64,000 nt of DNA from Octopus sinensis (taxonomy: Eukaryota): positions 131,378,001-131,442,000 of the forward strand of contig NC_043001.1 of NCBI RefSeq assembly GCF_006345805.1. The letters run 5' to 3'. This document shows, piece after piece, positions 1 through 9,719 of the stretch. The first letter of the stretch is position 1; the number at the start of each line of letters is the position of its first letter. Under the pieces are notes generated by a model. It was not told the DNA's origin, ran no database searches, and worked only from the letters and a program-made list of their open reading frames with translations. A program made the translations under genes and the position numbers.

Positions 1-357
1 TTCTTTTAACTTAATTTCTTCTCAATAATTATGAACTGTTTTCGTATTACAATTTAGCATATTATGTAGTGATAACTTATGCTTATTCAGGTCAATAGCT
101 CTTGAATGCTGTTCTATTTATTCAGCTTCATTTATATGTAAATGCAAATGTTCCAAATTAATAAAAATGTATGAGAATTAATACCATATTACTGTGGTCG
201 TTATAAATATAACATGCAGCCCACCAAATGCTGTTATTCATCGATAACTATTTTACAACATACATACCAGACTAAACATGCATACATTCATACATACGTA
301 CATATACATACATACATACATACATACATACATACATACATACATACATACATACAT

Positions 358-589
358 AACTACCAGAGTCCAGCCAGCTGCCATGATTGACCGCTAGCTC
401 CAAAAGATTTTTTATTCTCTCTCTGTTTATTTCCTCGTGTTCCTTTCTGTTGAAGGGCGTAGGCTCGAAACGTAAAATATTTTCTCACCTTCCCAAGCGT
501 TAAACTAATACACCAGTTTATTGTGTATACACCTATCTTCGTCTTTTGTTTTTTTTTTTTTTGTAAATTTCAACTACATACATACATAC
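358..589 (+). mobile_element. Penelope-like element 3'/pLTR fragment with hammerhead-like motif (CUGUUGA..GAAAC GUA)
   Basis: Motif ttt-ctgttga-agggcgtaggctc-gaaac-gta-aaa at 444-477; flanked by (CATA)n; near-identical inverted copy at 9400-9626 and diverged relative at 15590-15786. Confidence 0.6.
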
Positions 590-711
590 GTGTGTATGTA
601 TGTCATTATTCAGTTTATTTCAAGATTTCTTGTCGATAGAGAAAGAACCGGGTTCTAACCTAGATCCAAGTTTCCTACATTGGAATTTCAACATCAACAA
701 AAGGGTATTTT

Positions 712-1070
712 TGTATGTATGTATGTATGTATGTATACGTATGTACGCATGTATGTATGTATGTATGTATGTATGTATGTATGTATGTATGTATGTATGT
801 ATGTATGCATGTATGCATGTATGTATGTGTGCATGCATGCATGTACGTACTTATGTATGTATGTATGTATGTATGTACGTATGTATGTATGTATGTATGT
901 ATGTATGTATGTATGTATGTGTATGTATGTATGTATGTATGTATGTATGCATGTATGTATGTATGTATGCATGCATGCATGTACGTACTTATGTATGTAT
1001 GTATGTATGTATGTACGTATGTATGTATGTATGTATGTATGTATGTATGTATGTATGTATGTATGTATGT
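712..1070. repeat. (TATG)n microsatellite inside the R4 3' UTR, with a 138-bp higher-order duplication
   Basis: Variant block gcatgcatgcatgtacgtactt recurs at ~831 and ~969. Confidence 0.9.
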
Positions 1071-1140
1071 GCAGATTCGTATGTTTTATGTATGTATTCT
1101 CATGCATATAGTTACATATCTAGACATGCTCATATATATG

Positions 1141-4111
1141 TAAATGATAAACTTCTGGAAAGTTTTACAGATTTTTACATTCCAGTGATGGATTGGATCA
1201 GTAGTCTTCGAATTAGCTTTCTCTTTTCTGGTTTTGAGAAGCCTAATTTCTCAAGATTGGTATTTAGGCAGTGTGTTACATATACTAGGGCCCCAATAAT
1301 TACAGGTATAAACCTGAACTTGTAATCTGGATAGAGTAACTGTAGATTTCTCAATAGTTCAGCATAGGTGTTCTCTTTTTCACTGATCTTCAGCTTTATG
1401 TTAACATCTACTGGGCAGCTAATTTCTACAACTATGCACAGTTTCTCTTCTCTATCGCAAATCATTATATCAGGTCTGTTGTGCTTACATTTTATTGAGG
1501 TCTTCACTGGTACACTTCACCAGTATTCCTTTTCATTATGAGTAACTATGACTTCTACCATATTGTGGGTTTTTATTTCGTTGTCCTCGGTATTATCCTT
1601 CCGACGGATTTCGTTATAGAGTGTCCTAGCTACAACGTCATGTCTCATCGGTAGATAATACCGTGATGACATTTTCGGATAACTGCTTATGATGTGGGTG
1701 ATATCTTCAGTGTGAACTCCACAAAGTCTGCAACGGTTGTCACATTTTACGGCTTTTCGGCATCTCTATCCCTTTTGTGTATCAGGTACTTGGTTGATAT
1801 TTCCTGTTCGTCGATTGCAAACGGATACCCTTCAAAGTAGGAGGCAATAATCCGGCTAATCGTCCATGATAAACTGCTTTGATGATCGATGTTACTATAT
1901 CATCCATGCACAGTCTTCTGCTCAAATAGGCTCATCCTTTCATCTGATATGTTGCGGTAGAGTTGTGCGACTTCTTTGGGTAAGTATTCTAGGTTATCAG
2001 ACAAAGAGTGTTGCTCAAGGAGCTGCCTTCCAAGTCTTATGATGTTATCAGCTTCATGTATGCAAACTTGGTCAAGGGATGCACTTCGACACATGGTGGT
2101 TAAAAGATGTTGCCGAACCGAAGGGATATGATGCAAAATTCAAAGGCATTTTGGATCGATGTTAAGCCTCTGCCGCCTTTTTTACATTTAAGGTAGAAGC
2201 GGTCTATATCACTGTTTATGTGGAAATTATGTGTACTTGTTAGTATTTTTCGGGTTTTCACATCAATGGCTCGGTTCATCAAGCGTCCAATCAAGCAGCC
2301 TAAATGTTGGTATGAGTACTGGCACTGCAAACACGATGGGCCACTGTTTTATTGAATGCAGAGAGTTCTGAGGTCCAACTTTCCGTTATTCGACTGTAAT
2401 ATTCTTTAATGACACGTGTTTTGTTATAGGTGTCACTGTAAGATATATTTTCATCCACCCCTAGATACCTATAACATTCCAGCCAGATACTGGGGAAACA
2501 GTCAAATCAGTGACGGGGATGCTACTGGTCTGCTTTATAGTTTTCCTTTTCACAACCATATAACAACATTTATCCTGACCAAACTCCAACCCTACATTCT
2601 TTGAGAATGTTGCAACAAGGTCAAGGCTCTTTTTCATCTCATGCATATTCTTTGCATCCACAAAGAAACAGTGTGTAATTTTAGTATTTCTGTTTCCTTG
2701 TGAACCAGTGAGATATCCTTCAGACATCCTTAACATGAATGAGAAGGGGTTTACAGGAAGTATAAACAACATCGCAGAGAGGTTGTCTCCTTGGATTATG
2801 CCTTTGCGATATTGTATTCTATCAGTGATAATAGTCACTTTTTGTGTTTAATTTCAAGATTGTGGCCCACGATGAAGGCAGGTCAGCTATGGTTTTGGCT
2901 TTTCTCACAGGAACTCTAGCAAGTTGAAGGGCTTCTAGCATCCATGAGTGGGGAACAGAGTCAAAGGCTTTCTTGTAACCTAGCCACATTGAAACTAGGT
3001 TCCTCCTATGCTCTCGCACCTCTGACATAACAGCTTTGTTGATTAGCAATTGCTCGGTACATCCCCAGGCTCCCTTCTTCCCTGCTGCTTGTTCTGTTGT
3101 GATAATGTTATTGGTTTCACAATGGTCGTGGAGGAAGAGGTTTAAACATGCTGTATATATCATGGACGGTAGTTGTTTTTGCTATGTGGGTGGTTCTGCA
3201 TTTGGGGATCAATTTTTGCCTCTACCAGAGCTAGTGTGGTATGCTACTGTTCCCAATGAAAGTTTGCTGGTACAGATTGATAAGGTATGGTCGGTAGAAT
3301 GTTAGCTTCTTATACCAATATCCAACAATCAAGTCTCTTCCAGGTGTTTTTCCATCCTGGAGTTTCTGGATCACAGTTGTAAGAGTTTCACCATCAATGT
3401 TGTATGTCTTGGATATAACACAAGAGTAATAAATAACTTTTTCGGATTTGTTCCTGCCACGGAGCATCTTGGTTAAATTCCTTCTCTTCACTCCAGATTT
3501 TCCCCTTGAAAGAGTCTATGTCTTCTCGTGAAGGAGCTTCCATGATATTTATCGCTCCTCCTCCCATGTCACTGTATATTGCTGCCTGGTTGCGGTTAAA
3601 TTTTTTGTTTATTGTTCTTCTCTCGGTTATTTTCTTCTGATGTCAGAGTTTTTCACTGACAGCTTTTAGCTCCTTCTTAAGGGCAATCAGTTTGCAAGTG
3701 AGTGTCCCCTTTTTGCTGTCTCCAAACATCATTTCTATCTCCTTCTTTACTTTCTGTTGGTGGAACGTATAGTGATTTGCTTGTTTGCATGCAATAAGCA
3801 TCATTACATGATGGTCTTCCGTAAACCAGTTATCTTTTTTTCTGTCTTCAAAACCTATGATGGTACTTACTTTGTTATTTCGGCTTTGTTTACTTTCTGA
3901 ATATCATTCATGTACTGTTTTACAGTAGTAGCCAATCTGCCAGGCGTTAATCTGTTGTAAATACTCATCACCAATTTCGTTAACAGCTTTTAATACCGTA
4001 CCTGGTGGGTTTTTTTACTTACTTTGGTAGAGAATTCTTTCTCCTTGAGAGAGTCCTTCAAAGCCAAAGTTATTTTTTTCTCGGAAAATTTAACCGGCAT
4101 ATAATCCTGAT

Positions 4112-4151
<40 letters not shown>

Positions 4152-4190
4152 GCTGCTGCTGCTGTGCTGCTGCTGCTGCTGCTGCTGCTG

Positions 4191-4230
<40 letters not shown>

Positions 4231-4747
4231 AATTGTTGTGGTTGAGCTTTCTATTTACCATAGTCGTAGTAGTCGGACAGTAGTCAGTGACTTGACCCAG
4301 TAATGTAGTTTGGCTGGCAGGCACTATGTAATCCGTTGAAATGTCGCTAGCTGCGAAACCATGTGGTGGTCTTATATCATTCGCGTTTTCTTTTCATTTT
4401 TGTTTATAGAGTTGGGAAGAAGGTTAATTTTCGATTTTTTAATAAAGTTACAGTTACTAACCTCTTTTCTATGTTCAACAAATGTTGCTTGTTGGCGTCG
4501 TTGTCTTGCAGTAAAATGGTTAAATTCTGGATGCAGATCGTCCCAATATGATTTCATTCGATTCATATGGCCAATAGCGGGGTTCTGTTTCGCTTTTTCA
4601 TAGCAGCTAAATAGATCGTTATTCAGTTCATAACTCCAGGAGAATTGAGTTTTGTAGTCACGGTTTCTTCTATAACTACAGCTAGAAAGAATTTGTTTAC
4701 CTGTTGAGCTGTTGTTTTCGTTCTGTCCCTCGATTGTGTCCAGCCAT
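1141..4747 (-). pseudogene. Disrupted single ORF (RT + CCHC + restriction-like endonuclease) of the R4/Dong element
   Basis: Fragments in ORFs 4372-4566, 3231-3491, 2822-3163, 2461-2838, 2100-2330, 1900-2136 and 1175-1507; multiple stops and frameshifts; the DD region of RT is partly deleted. Confidence 0.85.
4112..4230. repeat. Compound (TAC)n(TGC)n(TAC)n trinucleotide array within the N-terminal part of the R4 ORF
   Basis: Direct reading. Confidence 0.9.
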
Positions 4748-4776
4748 GTTGTTTGTAGTTACTCTCTGTATGGAAT

Positions 4777-5171
4777 GTGGTTGCTTGGAAGCACTCCGTC
4801 GGTTACGACGATGAGGGTTCCGGTTGATCCGAATCAACGGAACAGCCTGCTCGTGAAATTAACGTGTAAGTGGCCGAGCACTCCACAGACACGTGTACCC
4901 TTAACGTAGTTCTCGGGGATATTCAGCGTGACACAGAGAGTGACAAGGCCGGCCCTTTGAAATACAGGTACAACAGAAACAGGAAGTAAGAGTGAGAGAA
5001 AGTTGTGGTGAAAGAGTACAGCAGGGATCACCACCATCCCTTGCTGGAACCTCGTGGAGCTTTAGGTGTTTTCGCTCAATAAACACTCACAACGCCCGGT
5101 CTGGGAATCGAAACCGCGATCCTATGACCGCGAGTCCGCTGCCCTAACCACTGGGCCATTGCGCCTCCACA
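4777..5171 (-). mobile_element. Young tRNA-derived SINE (family A) inserted in the R4 5' region
   Basis: A-box tggcccagtggtt and B-box ggtttcgattccc head; 12-bp TSD tctgtatggaat at 4765-4776 and 5172-5183; near-identical copy at 7938-8326. Confidence 0.92.
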
Positions 5172-5892
5172 TCTGTATGGAATATTCAAGTTTCAGTCGA
5201 AAATCACTACGATCGTGAATAAAAGGCTCCCTCGATTAATTCATCTGAAGATTAATTAATTATCTAACAAGGCTGATAGTTGTGGCTCCAAAGTTGGAGA
5301 TAGTATTCATCGTTTTGGGGGATAAATAGTCTCCTACGCCAAATACGCGACTTGTCGCTTCGGGCGAGTGTGTATTTGTGTGTGTTTCAAGACGTTGTCA
5401 TAGGAATATTCAACAATCACCTAATGTCATGATTCGCTAGAATATTACTCACATGATCAACAAAATTTGACCAATCGCGACTTCGCGTAGAATAGTTTCC
5501 AGTGACAATTACGACTTTAGGTGCGCTCCTTTCTGAACCCATCAATCAGTATAAAATCGACACATCATGACTACCTGACAGAGAGTTTTGTTTTGATGTA
5601 GAGAGAGAGCACGAATGCGACTGTGCAAGTAACTTTTTATGATCTCTTCGAGTTGGTTCAATATGACAATGTAGAATTAAATATAAAAAAAGAACGAACG
5701 CCTTTAACGGAATTGAACAATGACATACGAGCGGTTAATGCCACTTCATTTATTTTTATTGAAGAATTATAAAACCGTATCAACACAACTAGCCAGTGAG
5801 GACATATAAAGATCATCGCAGCCGATCTAGAGTTGAATTTTTAAATATCTCTGAAGAATAAACAGTTATCTTCGATTTTAGAAGAAATATTC

Positions 5893-6316
5893 GGATCTTT
5901 TCCTTTTGAACGGCACATATCAACACAATTTCTAGTTAACTAAACACTTTTAAACTTCGTATACTGGTAGAATGTGTTTATAAAACATCATTTTTTTCTT
6001 GGCTTTATTGAGAAAATTCTATAGTTTGTAAGATATTTCGTCTGAAATTTCGAGCATTTCGGCAATTTTAACCAATCGCTGACCTCCATTTGGGGTGAAA
6101 ACATTCCGTGCTGTATGAATATGTCCCTCGTTTAAGAAACAGATTGGGTTTATTTATATTTGCGAAGAAAAAAAGATACCCTAACTCTAACCCTAAATCT
6201 AAAAGAGATTGAAATGCAATAGGTCGATACTAGGGTTATAATTATGGGTGACATTTTCATTTGACACCGCTAGAAAAAAATCCTATTTTCCGTAGCGGTG
6301 TCGTATGAAAAGATCC
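5893..6316. mobile_element. Non-autonomous DNA transposon (MITE), probably Merlin superfamily
   Basis: TIR ggatcttttc / gaaaagatcc; perfect 8-bp TSD aaatattc (5885-5892, 6317-6324); GG termini with an 8-bp TSD fit Merlin better than hAT; internal hairpin gacaccgcta..tagcggtgtc. Confidence 0.8.
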
Positions 6317-6649
6317 AAATATTCTACAGAAGACCTGAATATTGCTAGTACTTAGTTCACTGACTCTTCACCCAACTCTAAAGGAAGGAAACTAAAAAGG
6401 AAAGAAAACTACCTTAAAACTCATACTTAATACGCATTTCTTTTTAGCCAAAATTAAAATAAAGAGTGCGTTTAAATGCAGGGTGTCGCATAATGGAAGT
6501 TGGTCTTCACTAAGGCCGTGGTCTTTGGCATAAGACTCTTGTGGATTAGGCTGAGCTGGGTGTGTTTCAAACATGGACAAAACTCGCAAACATGTTATAA
6601 TATATCTATTTAAGGGAAGGCTGAACACATACACAATACATTATCCTAT

Positions 6650-6748
6650 CTATAATAGGCATAAAGCCTGAAATCTGGGGGGAGGGGATAGTCGATTACA
6701 TCGATCCCAGTACACAACTAGTACTCAATTTATCGACACCGAAAGGTG
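6650..6748 (-). mobile_element. SINE family C 3' fragment (alternative tail)
   Basis: gtcgattacatcgatcccagtacacaactagtactcaatttatcgac matches other family C copies. Confidence 0.7.
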
Positions 6749-6811
6749 AATTAGGTACTCCAAAATCAGTCAGAAGGCCGGGGTCCGTGTGAGCATGAGG
6801 CATATAGTAAG

Positions 6812-7000
6812 TCCCCCAAAAGAACAACAAACACAAAAAAAGCAACAACGCGAGGACGTGGTACATGTAAAGTATTAGCAGACGCTCAGGGAATGAAAGA
6901 AAGTTGGATCGACGTTTCGAGCAACGCTCTTCTTCAGAAACAGGGGGAAAGTCCAATAGAAAAGGAAGACGGAGGAAGAAAATCACCAACGATTCACGGA
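6812..7000 (-). mobile_element. Penelope-like 3' fragment with minimal hammerhead core
   Basis: Minus strand ctgaaga-agagcgttgctc-gaaac-gtc at ~6911-6937; stem I is weak. Confidence 0.65.
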
Positions 7001-7257
7001 AAATCTGCCCGAAAGTTTCGCGTTCCTGAAAATCAGGCCGTAACACGAAATTCCGTGATGCAAAATTAATTTTCCTACTGATTTTCACATTATCAAATGA
7101 AATTGTGTTCCAACAGACTTTTTCGAAAAAGAAAACAGAAACTCAAGAAAACAACAGAGAACAAGCAATACAATCACCTTTATACATGAAAATAACATTC
7201 TTTTTGAAAAAAACACACGATACAGTATATATATATATGCAGAATAAATATACAATA

Positions 7258-7665
7258 GGCGCAGGAGTGGCTGTGTGGTAAGTAGCTTGCTAACCAACCA
7301 CATGGTTCCGGGTTCAGTCCCACTGCGTGGCATCTTGGGCAAATGTCTTCTGCTATAGCCCCGGGCCGACCAATGCCTTGTGAGTGGATTTGGTAGACGG
7401 AAACTGAAAGAAGCCTGTCGTATATATGTATAGGTATATATGTGTGTGTGTGTGTCTGTGTTTGTCCCCCCTAGCATTGCTTGACAACCGATATTGGTGT
7501 GTTTACGTCCCCGTCACTTAGCGGTTCGGCAAAAGAGACCGATAGAATAAGTACTGGGCTTACAAAGAATAAGTCCCGGGGTCGATTTGCTCGACTAAAA
7601 AGGCGGTGCTCCAGCATGACCGCAGTCAAATGACTGTAAAAAGAAGTAAAAGAGTAAAAGAGTAA
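7258..7665 (+). mobile_element. tRNA-derived SINE family B with internal (TA)n(TG)n
   Basis: Head ggcgcaggagtggctgtgtggtaag..ggttcagtccc; tail (gtaaaaga)n; near-identical copy at 59481-59881. Confidence 0.9.
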
Positions 7666-7794
7666 TATACAGAGAAATACCAAAAAAAGAAAAAAAGAAA
7701 TTCAAGAGGAATTCGTTACGGAATTAACAAGAATCGTAATATCGTAAGAGTATGTTCTTACCACAAAAGACGTTGACTATTGTGTGAAGGTTGG

Positions 7795-9398
7795 TGGTGG
7801 AATGGATGTTACTGGGAAGATGAGGAACAATATTTACTCTCTTATAGATGACGCATCATCTCTTTGTACAGCTCAGGATAGGAACTGAGCTCATTGTAAA
7901 CTCCTCTTGTAATTGTTATGTTATGTTTACGATTAGGGGGTGGAGGCGCAATGGCCCAGTGGTTAGGGCAGCGGACTCGCGGTCATAGGATCGCGGTTTC
8001 GATTCCCAGACCGGGCGTTGTGAGTGTTTATTGAGCGAAAACACCTAAAGCTCCACGAGGCTCCGGCAGGGATGGTGGTGATCCCTGCTGTACTCTTTCA
8101 CCAAAACTTTCTCTCACTCTTACTTCCTGTTTCTGTTGTACCTGTATTTCAAAGGGCCGGCCTTGTCACTCTCTGTGTCACGCTGAATATCCCCGAGAAC
8201 TACGTTAAGGGTGCACGTGTCTGTGGAGTGCTCAGCCACTTACACGTTAATTTCACGAGCAGGCTGTTCCGTTGATTCGGATCAACCGGAACCCTCATCG
8301 TCGTAACCGACGGAGTACTTCCTTCCTTACGATTAGGATCATTATCAGCAAAAACCTGCTGATCTTCTATAAGTAACATCTCTTTAGTAAAAACTTTTGT
8401 AGGCAATTTAAATGGTGCAGGTGAAACTTCCGTCGTTTTATCTGTATTCTCAGCTTGTTCTTTTCCTAACAACCTCAAGTCCTCATTACATAAACTTTCT
8501 TTCTAGGACACTAGCGATTCAATTACATCCTTTATGACTTCTTCAAATCCTACATCCTTTGCAAGTGTCACAATATCTTTACGAATATAATGTAGACTTT
8601 TTCTGCTCGAGGAAAACTTGTAATTCGTAATGTCACGGTCAGGAATACCGTCTGGCCATATACTTTTCCAAGCACTATTCTAAGCTGGAGGTTTCACTTC
8701 ATTTCATGACTCAGCTGTATTATTCACAATATCCATTATGTTGAATTTCTTCCACAAATTTCTAACTGTAGGTTTATCCTACCTGTGAATCGCTTTCATA
8801 AGTTATTTGAAAGTTCTCATATAATATACCTTGATATTTAGCTATCACGCCTTGATCCATTGGCTGAAGCAAAGAGGTGCATCTAGGGGATATATTCTAC
8901 TCTAAGTCATCCAAATTTGTTGGGTGACTTGCTGCACTGTCTAAAAATAAAAAAAGCAATGTTTTGCGTGTGACACTGTGACTTTCTACGGCAGGACAAA
9001 AAAAAAGTTTACAAACCAATCTTGAAAAGGTTCTTAGTCATCCATGCCTTCTTAATTAAATGCGAAATCAGATGTAGATTAAACTTTGTGTAACCCTTGA
9101 AAGCCCTAGCATTTTAAGTGTGATACACGTGTGGAGATTAATTTCATATCACCAGCGGCATTTTCTCCCCCACAAATGTGTCAGATGATATTTTGGAAGC
9201 TTTAAAACTTGGCGTTGATTTTTCTTCTCGAGAAATAAAAGTTCTAGCAGGTATGTGCTTCCAGAAAAGTGCAGTTTCATTTTACATTATATACTTGTTC
9301 TAGTGTAGCGCCCCCCCCCCACCACCACCACACACTTCAGCAATCATTTCCTTCAACTGCTCAAAATAATTTGTAGCAGCCTCTGTATCAGAGCCCGT
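7795..9398 (-). mobile_element. Tigger/pogo (Tc1-mariner) transposase fossil, interrupted by a SINE
   Basis: Minus-strand peptides YTLEQVYNV-ETALFWKHIPARTFISREEKSTPSFKASK, LFLDSAASHP and TSLLQPMDQGVIA (DDE_1 motifs); many frameshifts; truncated at 9399. Confidence 0.85.
7938..8326 (+). mobile_element. Young tRNA-derived SINE (family A)
   Basis: 11-bp TSD ttacgattagg at 7927-7937 and 8327-8337; inverted near-identical partner at 4777-5171. Confidence 0.92.
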
Positions 9399-9399
9399 G

Positions 9400-9626
9400 G
9401 TATGTATGTAGTTAAAATTTACAAAAAAAAAAAAACAAAAGACGAAGATAGGTGTATACACAATAAACTGGTGTATTAGTTTAACGCTTGGGAAGGTGAG
9501 AAAATATTTTACGCTTCGAGCCTACGCCCTTCAACAGAAAGGAACACGAGGAAATAAACAGAGAGAGAATAAAAAATCTTTTGGAGCTAGCGGTCAATCA
9601 CGGCAGCTGGCTGGACTCTGGTAGTT
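9400..9626 (-). mobile_element. Inverted copy of the PLE fragment at 358-589
   Basis: Reverse complement matches with about 3 substitutions by eye; followed by (ATGT)n to ~9695. Confidence 0.85.
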
Positions 9627-9719
9627 ATGTATGTATGTATGTATGTATGTATGTATGTATGTATGTATGTATGTATGTATGTATGTATGTATGTACACAC
9701 ACACATATAAAATTGAAAA

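Larger units (their letters stand above)
598..5400 (-). mobile_element. R4/Dong-clade RLE non-LTR retrotransposon, degenerate, near full length (5' boundary approximate)
   Basis: Minus-strand RT motifs (EQAAGKKGAWGCTEQLLINK, WLGYKKAFDSVPHSW, KGIIQGDNLS), zinc knuckle CRLCG..EDITHIISS, RHD, and RLE motif NRPDIMICDREEKLCIVVEISCP..K..Y; 3' end aaataaactgaataat running into (CATA)n. Confidence 0.9.

Noticed and set aside
600-1143. Long ORFs such as MYVCMYVC.. and HTYIHTYI.. (also throughout 14.8-62 kb)
   Set aside because: Translations of stop-free microsatellites; no protein signal.
4901-5086. Identical short ORF MFIERKHLKLHE.. here and at 8024-8275
   Set aside because: Internal to the two SINE A copies; not a gene.
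6470-6590. Minus-strand peptide ..HP..YAKDHGLSEDQLPLCDTL resembling phosphoglycerate mutase (LTEDQLPSCESL)
   Set aside because: Match is short, with no flanking homology or clear splice sites; needs TBLASTN to be credible.
7941-8015. tRNA-like sequences (also 5095-5170, 11276-11345, 17255-17325)
   Set aside because: SINE heads continuing into SINE bodies; no proper acceptor stem or terminator.
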